NCBI GenBank assembly: GCA_965262725.1
Contig: OZ253555.1
Span: 2,848,001 to 2,912,000 of the forward strand
DNA from: Dehalococcoidia bacterium
GTDB lineage: Bacteria; Chloroflexota; Dehalococcoidia; UBA2979
Direction: 5' to 3'
Length of the DNA: 64,000 nucleotides
Position numbers and translations under genes: made by a program. This document shows positions 9,324 to 18,605 of the stretch, one piece after another (within the stretch, counting starts at the first letter, position 1; every line of letters starts with the position of its first letter). Under the pieces are notes generated by a model. The model did not search any database and had not been told where the DNA came from. It was given only the letters and a program-made list of their open reading frames with translations.

Positions 9324-10163
9324 ATGAGCCCAGGGCCGCCCGGCCGGGTGAGGCGCAGCCTCGTGCAGACCCCCGCGGGCGCCGTCGAGTACGGCGAGCT
9401 CGGCGGTGGACCGCCACTTCTGGCGCTCCACCCGACCCCCGGTTCGTGCCTCTGGTACGGCGACGTCGCACCGCTCCTTGCCGACGAGCGGCGGGTGCTC
9501 GCGATGACGACGATGGGCTATGGCCGCTCGGATCGGCCGAGCCCGCCGTACACGACCGTCCGCGAGTACGCGGCGGCGGCCGTCGGCTTCCTCGACGCGA
9601 TGGACGTGGAGCGCGCGAGCGTGGTCGGCTCGCACACGGGGTCGGTGCTCGCCGTCGAGATCGCCGCGGGCTGGCCCGAGCGCGTTTCGGGGCTCGTGCT
9701 GGGTGAGCCGTTCAACTGGAACACTCCCGCCCGGCGCGAGGTGCTCACCCGGCAGCACCGCTATGTCCCGCCCGCGCCGGACGGATCGCACCTGCTGGCA
9801 CTCTGGCAGCGGCAGGGGCCCGACAGGCCCGGCGTCGACCTGCGAGAGTTCGCCCGGCGCTTCGCCGACTTCCTCGTCGTCAACGCCCCCGAGGTGGTGT
9901 ACGGGGACCTCGGCTGGGAGGGCGCCGGTCCCCAAGCGATCACGGGCTACGAGATGTGGGAGCGGGCGGCGCTGATCGAGGCGCCCACGCTCGTCATCCA
10001 CGGCTCGCAGAGCGACCTCGGGCGCTCCCACCAGCGCTTCCTCGAGACGATCGCGCGTTCGCGCGGGTCGCGGCCGCCGAGCCACGGGCGCTTCTCTCCG
10101 CGGGAGGCGCCCGAGCTGTGGGCGAAGGAGGTCAAGGGTTTTCTCCGGGAACCGGGCGTCTGA
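9324..10163 (+). CDS. Alpha/beta fold hydrolase (atypical GSHTG elbow)
   Basis: PPLLALH, GYGRSD, VVGSHTGS, PERVSGLVL, APTLVIHG. Confidence 0.85.
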   Translation: MSPGPPGRVRRSLVQTPAGAVEYGELGGGPPLLALHPTPGSCLWYGDVAPLLADERRVLAMTTMGYGRSDRPSPPYTTVREYAAAAVGFLDAMDVERASVVGSHTGSVLAVEIAAGWPERVSGLVLGEPFNWNTPARREVLTRQHRYVPPAPDGSHLLALWQRQGPDRPGVDLREFARRFADFLVVNAPEVVYGDLGWEGAGPQAITGYEMWERAALIEAPTLVIHGSQSDLGRSHQRFLETIARSRGSRPPSHGRFSPREAPELWAKEVKGFLREPGV

Positions 10164-10194
10164 GGCGGATCGCGCCGCGACGAGGGGGAGTGAG

Positions 10195-10548
10195 ATGCGG
10201 ATACAGGCCGGCCAGCTGTTAAGCCTCGGCTACGGGAAGTACGTACGATCCGACGAGGTGGTTGCCATCGACCCGATCACGGAGGACCGCGGCCCCGGAC
10301 GCCGCACACATGTCTGGGTGCGCGGCGTGCCCGAGCCCCTGGTCGCGTCCCGATCGGACGGGGCCCTAGTCGACGACCTCGTGACGCCGGCCGAGGAGGC
10401 GGCTCGGATGCGGCAGCTGCGCTCTGCGCTGAGCACGGTCGCAGCGGCCATGGAACGCGTTCCTCCCGTGCTGCAGCGCGTGATCCGCGAGGAGAGCCAC
10501 GTCGACATCGCCGCTCTGATCGGGGAGTCGCGGCGCGCCCTGGGCTAG
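10195..10548 (+). CDS. Small hypothetical protein, RemA/DUF370-like N-terminal domain
   Basis: GGGGGAG RBS; LLSLGYGKYVRSDEVVAI...GRRT resembles RemA by eye. Confidence 0.7.
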   Translation: MRIQAGQLLSLGYGKYVRSDEVVAIDPITEDRGPGRRTHVWVRGVPEPLVASRSDGALVDDLVTPAEEAARMRQLRSALSTVAAAMERVPPVLQRVIREESHVDIAALIGESRRALG

Positions 10549-10567
10549 CAAGATCGGGGGACGCACG

Positions 10568-11398
10568 ATGAGCGGTTTCGGGCTCCACCACTACGCCGTC
10601 GCGGTCCGCGACCTCGACGAGGCGGCCGCGACCTACGGGCGGTTGCTCGGCCTTGAGGTCGGGGAGCGCGGCGGTGGCGGTGACTCCTCGCTCTCATGGC
10701 TCGCGCTCGGCTTCGCCGGCGAGCGGAGCCTCGTGCTCGCGAGCCCCGATAACGAGGAGAGCCCGCTCCACGCGGAGATGCGGAGCCGGGCCCGCGAGCG
10801 CAACCCCCACGGGGAGGGTTTCCGCCGCTCGGCCTGGCACGCGGACGACCCCACCGCGCTCGCCCGCCGCTTCGCCGCGCGCACGGGGCGGGCCGCGGAA
10901 GAACTCGACGTGGAAGGGAGCGCCGTCCGCCTCGACCCCCGCTGGACGCACGGGCTGCCGATGATCCTCGCAAACCTCCCCGAGCCCGAGCCGCGCCCCG
11001 CGTGGCCCTCGCACGTCGCCGTGGCCGTCGCCGATCTCGATGCCGCCGAGGTGACCTTCGCGGGCGGCTTCGGGCTGCAGCCGGAGCGGCGCTTCGAGGC
11101 GGACTACGGCGACTTCGCGGCCTCCGCCCTCTACAGGGGCGGGCGCGAAGTACTCGCGCTCATGACCGGTCGCTCCGAGGCGAGCGCGGTCTCACGCCGC
11201 ATGCGGGGCATGATCGCCCCCGAGAACCCCCGGGGGGAGGGCTTCTATCTGGCGAGCTGGGCGGCCCGCGACACGGCCATGCTGTGCGATCGCGTCGAGC
11301 GCGCCGGCGGACTGGTGGCGCGACAGCACCACAGCTTCTTTATCCACCCGCGCTCGACGCACGGTGTGCACATGCGCATCTACCCTGCCGAGGACTGA
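10568..11398 (+). CDS. Two-domain VOC family protein
   Basis: HHYAVAVRDLDEA, ERNPHGEG, SHVAVAVADLD, ENPRGEGFY, FIHPRSTHGV. Confidence 0.85.
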   Translation: MSGFGLHHYAVAVRDLDEAAATYGRLLGLEVGERGGGGDSSLSWLALGFAGERSLVLASPDNEESPLHAEMRSRARERNPHGEGFRRSAWHADDPTALARRFAARTGRAAEELDVEGSAVRLDPRWTHGLPMILANLPEPEPRPAWPSHVAVAVADLDAAEVTFAGGFGLQPERRFEADYGDFAASALYRGGREVLALMTGRSEASAVSRRMRGMIAPENPRGEGFYLASWAARDTAMLCDRVERAGGLVARQHHSFFIHPRSTHGVHMRIYPAED

Positions 11399-11419
11399 GC
11401 CGGGCGGCGCGCGCACTCC

Positions 11420-11734
11420 CTACTCGGCGGGCGTCTCGCCGATGTCGTAGTCGATCGAGGTGATCCCGGCGAGGTTGCCGGTCAGGTTGTCGGCGACCAT
11501 CCGGTCGTGCGCCTCGCTCTCCTCGTACTGCCGCCACGCCGCGACCGTGGCGAAGTCCATGGTGAGAATCCAGTTGTAGCGCTTGAAACCAGAGGACGAG
11601 ATGTTGGGGTCCACCGAGACGTGGAGCAGGCCCGGGTTGTCGTCCTGCATCGCCTTGTAACCGTCCCGCACGGCCTGGATCGTCCCCTCGCCCGTCTCCT
11701 CCTTGAACATAAAGGCCATCATGTGCCGGCGCAT
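11420..11734 (-). CDS. Dabb (stress-responsive alpha/beta barrel) family protein
   Basis: RHMMAFMFK, YNWILTMDF, YEESEAH, SIDY; ATG after GGGAGGGA. Confidence 0.8.
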   Translation of the reverse strand: MRRHMMAFMFKEETGEGTIQAVRDGYKAMQDDNPGLLHVSVDPNISSSGFKRYNWILTMDFATVAAWRQYEESEAHDRMVADNLTGNLAGITSIDYDIGETPAE

Positions 11735-11881
11735 CGCCCGTCCCTCCCGCTCCCGGCCGGCCGTGCCGGCACGTCTTCGCTGCCGCCGCACACCATAGGG
11801 GAGAGTCCGGCGGGGTCGCAAAGCGGCGACCGAGAGGCCGACACGCTGCGGGGAGGCCACGGACCGACGGAGGAATGCCCC

Positions 11882-13081
11882 CTACCGCGGCAGCGCAAGC
11901 ACGCGCCCGGCGGTGGTGTTGAGCGCGTTCTCGACGGTGCCGCCGTTGTGCGCGCCGGCGATGTGCGCCATGTAGCGGCGCTGCCAGCGGGCGTGCATCG
12001 GCGCGTGCTCGGGCGACTCCTGGCCCACCTGGCCAGCGAGGCCGAGCATCTCCCCCCCGAAGCGCACGTGCTCCTGCGCGTAGTGCTTCCACCACACCTC
12101 CTTGACGGAGGTCTCCTTGTCCGGCGCCAGGCCGCCGCGCTCCATGACGGAGGCGACCCGGTAGGCGAGCAGCCGCATCGTGCGCACGTAGATCGCGTAA
12201 TCCGCAATGCCGTCCTGCACCCAGGAATCCTCGATCAGCGGCCGCCCGCTGTCGCCGGCACGCTCCCGCGCCACCGAGACGAGGCCCTCGAGGTCGCGCT
12301 GCTCCGATGCCCAGCCGCCGAGGCCGGAGCCGCCGATACCGGCGGCGCGCGACTGGTTGAGCGAGGCGATGAGGTGGTAGAAACCGCGGTTCTCCTCGCC
12401 GATGAGGGAGTCGGCCGGAACCCGCACGTCCTCGAAGAAGACCTGGTTGACCCGGTAGCCGTCCATCGTCCACAGAGGCGTGATCTGGATGCCGCGCGTA
12501 CTCGGGTCGATCACCATCAGCGAGAGGCCGCGGTGCTTCGGCGCGTCCTGGTCGGTGCGCACCATCAGGCACAGCCACTCCGAGTCCTGGATGTGCTCGG
12601 TGTACATCTTGGAGCCGTTGATCACCCACTCGTCGCCGTCGCGCTCGGCCCGGGTCTCCACCGAGCCGAGGTCGGTCCCGGCGTTGGGCTCGGTCAGCCC
12701 GAAGGCCCAGGTCACCTCGCCGCGGGTGATCGGCGGCAGGTGTTTGCGCTTCTGCTCCTCCGTCCCCCAGTGCACGATCCCGGGGCCGACGAAGTTGGCC
12801 GCGACCTGGTGCGAGGCCATCGGCGCGTGCGCTCCGGCCATCTCCTCATCGAAGGCGACGCGGTGCCAGATGGAGGCGCCGCGCCCGCCGTCCTCGACGG
12901 GCCACGTCATCGTCAACCAGCCCTGCTGGCCGATCTCGCGCGTGATGCGCTTGTTGAAGCCGTGGTAGTAGTCCGTGCAGTGCCGGAACTCGTCCTCGAC
13001 CTCCGGGGTCAGGCGCGCGGCGAGGAAGCTCCGCACCTCCTCGCGAAACGTCTGCACGTCGGCGGCGAACGAGAAGTCCAC
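11882..13081 (-). CDS. Acyl-CoA dehydrogenase family protein
   Basis: FREEVRSFL, WPVEDGG, GLTEPNAGTDLGS, INGSKMYT, KHRGLS, NQVFFEDVRVP, GEENRGF. Confidence 0.93.
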   Translation of the reverse strand: MDFSFAADVQTFREEVRSFLAARLTPEVEDEFRHCTDYYHGFNKRITREIGQQGWLTMTWPVEDGGRGASIWHRVAFDEEMAGAHAPMASHQVAANFVGPGIVHWGTEEQKRKHLPPITRGEVTWAFGLTEPNAGTDLGSVETRAERDGDEWVINGSKMYTEHIQDSEWLCLMVRTDQDAPKHRGLSLMVIDPSTRGIQITPLWTMDGYRVNQVFFEDVRVPADSLIGEENRGFYHLIASLNQSRAAGIGGSGLGGWASEQRDLEGLVSVARERAGDSGRPLIEDSWVQDGIADYAIYVRTMRLLAYRVASVMERGGLAPDKETSVKEVWWKHYAQEHVRFGGEMLGLAGQVGQESPEHAPMHARWQRRYMAHIAGAHNGGTVENALNTTAGRVLALPR

Positions 13082-13162
13082 GGTGTGCCCTCCCTGCTGG
13101 TGCGGGGGCCTCCCCCCGCAGGCGAGCTTACCGCCGCCGGCCGCAGGCGGCGACAGAAGGGG

Positions 13163-13978
13163 TCAGGCGCGTCCTCCCGGGACCGGAGGGCGTGCCGACC
13201 CGCCCACCGGCTGCGGCCCGGGGCGCTCCGCGGCCTCGAGACTGCCCGGCCCGAAGCGGACGAGCCGTCCGTCGGCCGCGCGGTCCACCGCGTGGAAGCG
13301 GCCCCCGTGGAGCTCCCCCAGCAGCTGCGCGCTGCTCGAGATCGGTCTCTCGAAGCCGGTCGCGAAGTAGCCGACACCGCGCGCGGAGTGCGCGTCGCTT
13401 CCCCCGGTGGTCGGGAGGCCGGCGATGCGTGCTACCGCCGCGGCGAAGTAGTTCTCACGGGGCGTGTTGCATCCGTTCGCGGCCTCGACTGCGTCGACAA
13501 GCCGGAAGACCGGGAGTTCCGCGGCCTCCTCCGCGCTCAGCGCGAGGGGTGACTCGCCGCCCGAGCGCGTCTCGAAGGCGCGGCGGAAGGGGTGCGCGAC
13601 GATGAGGAAGCCGCCGACGCGGTCGAGCGCTGCGCGCAGCCTCTCGGCGCGGTGGATGCCACCCTCGTAGCTCGTCAGCCCCACCGCGAGCATGTGCCCG
13701 AGATCTGTGGAGACCTCCATCCCGAAGTTGATGAGCAGACCCGGGTGCTCCGCGAGGTAGTCGAGCTGCAGATGACGGTCCCAGACGCGGTGGTGTTCGC
13801 TCACGTTGACGCCGCTGAGCCCGCCCTCGCGCACCAAGCGCGGGAGCTCGGCCGGGTCGAGCGTGGAGTCCGAGGAGTGTCCGCGCGTGTGGACGTGCAT
13901 ATCCACGATCGCGCCGTCGTAGGCGACGAGAGGAACGCGCGATGTACCAGCGGGGGGCGGGTGGAGAGACTCGGTCAC
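13163..13978 (-). CDS. PHP domain metallohydrolase
   Basis: DMHVHT, SEHH, GMEVSTDLGH, AHPFR, GGSDAH. Confidence 0.9.
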   Translation of the reverse strand: MTESLHPPPAGTSRVPLVAYDGAIVDMHVHTRGHSSDSTLDPAELPRLVREGGLSGVNVSEHHRVWDRHLQLDYLAEHPGLLINFGMEVSTDLGHMLAVGLTSYEGGIHRAERLRAALDRVGGFLIVAHPFRRAFETRSGGESPLALSAEEAAELPVFRLVDAVEAANGCNTPRENYFAAAVARIAGLPTTGGSDAHSARGVGYFATGFERPISSSAQLLGELHGGRFHAVDRAADGRLVRFGPGSLEAAERPGPQPVGGSARPPVPGGRA

Positions 13979-14089
13979 CCGCCGAGGATACGGACCGCCG
14001 CAGGGGGCGGCCAGCGGGGCCCGGTGCGGGCGCGAGCGCCCGCGTATACTCCGCCCGCGCCGCCGGCGAGGGGAACGGGAGGAGCTCCC

Positions 14090-15196
14090 ATGCGCTTCGG
14101 GACACACCACCTGCCGCTGAGCCCGACCGCCGATGACGACCTGCGCGTGATCCGGGAGCTGCTCGATCAGATCGAGATGGCCGATCGGCTAGGCTTCGAA
14201 CACTGCTGGCTCACCGAGCACCTGCTCTCCGGCGAGAGCGGATTCGGGGACCCGGTCCCGCTTGCGGGGGCGATATCTCAGCGCACGAGCCGCATCCGCG
14301 TCGGCTTCGCCGTCCTGCAGATGGCTCTCACGCATCCCACGCGCGTCTTCCTGCAGGCCAACCTGCTCGACAACCTGCTGGAGGGACGCCTGACGCTCGG
14401 CATCGGCCGCGGCTCGGCCTTCAACGAGTACGAGTACGTGGCGTTCGGCGCGCGCTCCGACGGTCAGCGCGAGCGCATGTTCGAGGCGATCGAGCTGCTC
14501 GAGCGCGCGTGGGCCCACGACGCCTCCCCGTTCTCCGGCGAGTACTTCTCGGTCAGCATCCCCGACGTGCGGCCCCGACCCGTGCAGCGGCCCCACCCCC
14601 CCATCGTGCTCTCCGTGCTCTCCGACGAGACGCTGCGATGGGCGGCCCGCCGTGGCTACGGCGTAATGATGCCGCGACTCCCGGTGGAGCGGGCCCGCGA
14701 GCGCCTCGGCTTCTACCGCGCGGCCATGGGCGAGGCTGGCCTCGACGATGCCGCCGCGGAGCAGGCGCTCGAGCGCAGCACGCTCCTGCGGAGCGTCTAC
14801 ATCGCCGACAGCGACGAGCAGGCGGAGGAGGAAGTGCGCGAGGCGACCTTCCGGCTCCATACCCACCTCCAGAGCACGCGGCAGGGCTTCAATCCGCCGG
14901 ACGTCAACAACCGTGCCCTCGCCCAGCAGAACGCATCGCCGGTGTGGAGCTCGCCCGACTCGACGCCCGAGGAGGCCGTGGCGAGCCTCATGTCGCGCGG
15001 CTTCATCCTCGGCTCGCCGGAGACGGTGCGCGCGCGCATCGCCGAGCTGGAGGAGGCCGGCGTCCCGGGTCTCATGATCACCTTCACCTGGGGCGACATG
15101 GGGCACGAGCGCGTGCTGCGCTCGATGAGCCGCTTCGCCACCGAGGTGATGCCGCACTTCGCCCGAGAGCGCATCGGGGCCGCTGTCGCCGACTGA
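14090..15196 (+). CDS. LLM class flavin-dependent oxidoreductase (luciferase-like)
   Basis: ATG 14090 after GGAGGAG; GFEHCWLTEH, GRLTLGIGRG, PRPVQRPHPPI, GSPETV, RFATEVMPHF. Confidence 0.93.
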   Translation: MRFGTHHLPLSPTADDDLRVIRELLDQIEMADRLGFEHCWLTEHLLSGESGFGDPVPLAGAISQRTSRIRVGFAVLQMALTHPTRVFLQANLLDNLLEGRLTLGIGRGSAFNEYEYVAFGARSDGQRERMFEAIELLERAWAHDASPFSGEYFSVSIPDVRPRPVQRPHPPIVLSVLSDETLRWAARRGYGVMMPRLPVERARERLGFYRAAMGEAGLDDAAAEQALERSTLLRSVYIADSDEQAEEEVREATFRLHTHLQSTRQGFNPPDVNNRALAQQNASPVWSSPDSTPEEAVASLMSRGFILGSPETVRARIAELEEAGVPGLMITFTWGDMGHERVLRSMSRFATEVMPHFARERIGAAVAD

Positions 15197-15229
15197 GCGC
15201 CTCCCGGCCGAGAGGCGCGCGATCCGCTG

Positions 15230-16762
15230 CTAGCGGCGCCGGGCGCGCGCGATCTCCGGCACGATGATGAGCGCCAGGAGCGCGAGCGCGAGTACGGCCG
15301 CGACGACCGGCCTCAGGCGCCCTCCGCCGCTGGTCGCGCGCATGCTCGAGGTGCCGCCGACGCCGGTCGGGGCGGGGCCCGTCGCCGCCACTGCCCGGCG
15401 GGGCTCCGCCGCGAGCGGCGCCCCGCGCGCCCTCCCCGGGACGCGGCCGGCCGGAGCGGCCGACCGTGCGGTGAGCGCAACGCGGGCGCGCGCCTGAGGA
15501 TCGGGGACGAGCAGCACGATCACGATCGACAGGAGCGCGAGCGCGCCGAGCACGGCCAGCACGCCGTCGTAGTCGCCGACACGGTCGTAGTACGCCGCGA
15601 CGATAACGGGTCCGGGGGCTCCGATCACGACCTGGAGCGGCATCCCGACCCCACGCACCGCACCGATGTGCATCCGCCCGAAGAAGGAGGCCCACACCAG
15701 CTCCTGCATCGGGATCATGCCGGCGATGCCTGTGCCGAAGATGAGAAAGCCCGCAGCGACGAGGGGGACGTTCAGGCTGTTCGCCCCCGGCACGATCACC
15801 GCCATACCGATCGCCAGGCACGAGAAGGCAAGGGCGGCGAGGTAGCGCGCGTGCACGCGCTCGGCGGCGAAGCCCCAGCCGACGCGGGTGACGAGTCCCG
15901 GCAGGGCGAACAAGGAGAGCATCAACGCGGCGGTGGTCCGATCGAAGCCGGAATCGGTGAGGATCGGGATCGTGAGTGTCCCCAGCGCCAGGAAGCTGAG
16001 GCCGGCGAGCCCGAACGCCACGATCAGGAGCCATAGCGACCAGGTACGGATCGCCTCGCCACGCGTCAGCGAGCGGGCCTCGCGGATGATCGCGCCGCGC
16101 CGGTCGCGCGGCGGCGGCGCCCCCGGCCGGCGGCCGTCCGGGAGCAAGCCGCTGTCCTCGGGCTGGCGGCGGAACAGCATCGCGGCAGGAACGAAGAGCA
16201 CGAGCGTGACCACGGCGAGCAGTTGCCACCCCGCGCGCCAGCCCTCCGAATCCACGATCGGCGTCAGCAGGCTCGGCGTGATCACGCCGGCCGCGGAGAG
16301 ACCGAGGGCGGCGATCCCGATCGCGCGGCCGCGGCGGCGCTCGAACCATTTCGAGAGCACGGCGTGGACCACCAGCGTTCCGGCGAAGGCCACCGCCACC
16401 GAGAGCACCCCGGCCCGCAGCACGTACCACTGCCAGAGCTCCGTGATCTGGGCGATCGCCAGGAGCGAGCCGGCGGCCATAACGGCGCCGATCAGCGTCA
16501 GCGCGCGGCCGCCGTGGCGGTCGATCACGCCGCCGAAGAAGGCGCCGGTCATCGATGTGACGAAGGCCCCCACCGTCACCGCGAGCGCGAATTCCGTGCG
16601 GCTCCAGCCGAGGTCGTCGCTCATCGGCACGAAGAAGACGCCGTTGGCGTATCCCTGGAGCGTGACGGCCACACCGTTCGCGACCGCGCCGGCGCCGACG
16701 ATGTACCAGCCGAAGAACACCCTCGGAGGGCGGTGCGGACCGACTGGGGATGTCTCGATCAC
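15230..16762 (-). CDS. MFS transporter (OFA/MCT-like) with C-terminal extension
   Basis: FFGWYIVGA, PMSDDLGWSR, KWFERRRGRAIG, 12 hydrophobic segments; paralog of 29031. Confidence 0.9.
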   Translation of the reverse strand: MIETSPVGPHRPPRVFFGWYIVGAGAVANGVAVTLQGYANGVFFVPMSDDLGWSRTEFALAVTVGAFVTSMTGAFFGGVIDRHGGRALTLIGAVMAAGSLLAIAQITELWQWYVLRAGVLSVAVAFAGTLVVHAVLSKWFERRRGRAIGIAALGLSAAGVITPSLLTPIVDSEGWRAGWQLLAVVTLVLFVPAAMLFRRQPEDSGLLPDGRRPGAPPPRDRRGAIIREARSLTRGEAIRTWSLWLLIVAFGLAGLSFLALGTLTIPILTDSGFDRTTAALMLSLFALPGLVTRVGWGFAAERVHARYLAALAFSCLAIGMAVIVPGANSLNVPLVAAGFLIFGTGIAGMIPMQELVWASFFGRMHIGAVRGVGMPLQVVIGAPGPVIVAAYYDRVGDYDGVLAVLGALALLSIVIVLLVPDPQARARVALTARSAAPAGRVPGRARGAPLAAEPRRAVAATGPAPTGVGGTSSMRATSGGGRLRPVVAAVLALALLALIIVPEIARARRR

Positions 16763-16865
16763 CCGGGTCCTCCCGCGCCTGCCCGCCAACTATAGGTGCG
16801 CGGCTGGCTGCACCCGCGGGGACAGCCTTCTTGGCAACGGGACTGTTGGCGAGCGGAGTTGGCGC

Positions 16866-18425
16866 TCAGCCAGCGCGCGAGGGCGTGGCGTCGTGCGCGC
16901 CCGGGAGAGTGCGCAGCGCCTCGACGTCCGCCGCCCCCGGGAGCCCCCAGCTGGCCTCGTATCCGAAGAGCTCCCGCAGCGTCGTCGCCCCCAGCCGCCC
17001 GTCCGTGATCTCGAGATGGTCGGGCGTGAGCAGCGCGGGGTGCGCGACGCCGGCTGCGAACGCCAGCGTCCGCATCTCTCGGCGCAGCGCGCGCACGTAG
17101 TTGGCAACGCGGAGCGACTTGCTCCGGGGGTCGAGCCCCCGCGCTCGCCAGCGCGACTGGGTCGCGACGCCGGTGGGGCAGCGACCCGTGTGGCAGCGCT
17201 GCGCCTGGATGCACCCGGTCGCCAGCATCGCCTCCCGGCCGACGTTGACCATGTCACAGCCGAGCGCAAAGGCGACCATCGCGTTCTCGGGCAGACCGAG
17301 CTTCCCGGAGCCGACGAAGGTGACGCGCTCGCTGATGCCGTGCACCGCGAACGCCCGGTAGACACGCGGGAAGCCGATCTTGAAGGGAAGTGCCACGTGG
17401 TCGGTGAAGACGAGTGGGCCGGCGCCCGTGCCCCCCTCTCCCCCGTCGACGGTGACGAAGTCGACCCCGCGCTCGCCGCTCTCCATCAGCCGCGCGAGAT
17501 CGTCCCAGAAGGCCTGCTCGCCGACGGCGGACTTGATCCCGACCGGTAGCCCCGTCACCTCGGCGATGCGTTCGACGAAGTCGAGCATCGAGTCGACGTC
17601 CGAGAACTCCGCGTGGGACGCCGGACCCACGCAGTCGACGCCGGCCGGGATGCCCCGGATGCGCGCGATCTCCGGCGTCACCTTCGCGGCGGGCAGCAGC
17701 GAGCCAACGCCGGGCTTCGCCCCCTGGCTCAGCTTCACCTCGATCGCCCGGACCGGGTTCTCTGCGACCACGGCCGCAAGCCGGTCCATGGAGAATCGCC
17801 CGCGGTCGTCCCGGCAGCCGAAGTACGCCGGCCCGATCTGGAGGACAATCTCGGCGCCGTGCTGGTGGTACGGGGCGAGCCCGCCCTCGCCCGTGTTGTG
17901 CAGGCAGCCGGCGTCGAGCGAGCCGAGGTTCATCGCCTCAACCGCGCGTCCGGAGAGCGAGCCGAAGCTCATCCCCGAGATGTTCACGGCAGAGGGTGGA
18001 CGGAAGGCCCGCTCGCGGCCGCGCGCGGCGCCCAGGACCTTGGCCGCCGGGAGCGAATCCCGCTCCGCCACGCGCTCCGCGGCCTCTCCGACGGCCGACG
18101 GGCGGTAGGGGAATGTCGCGTGCTTGAGCAGCACGTAGTGCCCGGCCATCTCCATCTCGTTGTCGGACCCGAACCCGAAGGAGTTGTTCTCCCCCTTCGC
18201 GGAGGCGTAGACCCAGCGCCGCTGGTCGCGGCTGAAGGGCCGCTCCTCGTCGTTGTCGGTCACGATGTACTGCCGGAGCTCGGGCCCAACCGCCTCCAGC
18301 CAGTAGCGGAAATGGCCGATGATCGGGAAGGTGCGTATGACAGCGTGCTGCGTCTGGAGCACGTCGTAGAGCACCCATGCCGCGGTGGCCGCGAGAATGG
18401 CGGCGAGCACGATCAACCAAAGCAT
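16866..18425 (-). CDS. FMN-binding glutamate synthase family protein
   Basis: NISGMSFGSLS, HNTGEGG, IEVKLSQGAKPG, VDGGEGGTGA, GCIQAQRCHTGRCPTGVATQ; N-terminal TM anchor. Confidence 0.93.
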   Translation of the reverse strand: MLWLIVLAAILAATAAWVLYDVLQTQHAVIRTFPIIGHFRYWLEAVGPELRQYIVTDNDEERPFSRDQRRWVYASAKGENNSFGFGSDNEMEMAGHYVLLKHATFPYRPSAVGEAAERVAERDSLPAAKVLGAARGRERAFRPPSAVNISGMSFGSLSGRAVEAMNLGSLDAGCLHNTGEGGLAPYHQHGAEIVLQIGPAYFGCRDDRGRFSMDRLAAVVAENPVRAIEVKLSQGAKPGVGSLLPAAKVTPEIARIRGIPAGVDCVGPASHAEFSDVDSMLDFVERIAEVTGLPVGIKSAVGEQAFWDDLARLMESGERGVDFVTVDGGEGGTGAGPLVFTDHVALPFKIGFPRVYRAFAVHGISERVTFVGSGKLGLPENAMVAFALGCDMVNVGREAMLATGCIQAQRCHTGRCPTGVATQSRWRARGLDPRSKSLRVANYVRALRREMRTLAFAAGVAHPALLTPDHLEITDGRLGATTLRELFGYEASWGLPGAADVEALRTLPGAHDATPSRAG

Positions 18426-18605
18426 CCACGCCCCCTGACGATCAGTGTATCTGCCGCGCGACGGGGCGGATCAGGTACCGGGGCGCCGCGGCGGCGGCGG
18501 CGCTACCCTTGGGCCGCGCGCGGGCGTCACGCCGTCGCCGGCTCGACGCCGGGAGGAGCGTGCCGACAGCGCGCGCCGTGGGGCGCGCGAGGCGGGATGT
18601 GGGGC

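Noticed and set aside
13101-13120. Hairpin TGCGGGGG-CCTC-CCCCCGCA (also GGTCGC/GCGACC near 11814)
   Set aside because: No U-tract and no repeated copies; such hairpins are expected by chance at high GC.
11507-13552. Long antisense ORFs (also 36829-39072, 28068-29912, 21009-22925, 43447-45144)
   Set aside because: They are shadow ORFs opposite well-supported genes, expected at this GC content, and Arg/Pro-rich with no motifs.
16783-16866. Multi-stem structure upstream of the MFS gene as a riboswitch
   Set aside because: Stems are short and GC-rich, no known motif is present, and most of it lies upstream of a likely TATAGT -10 box.
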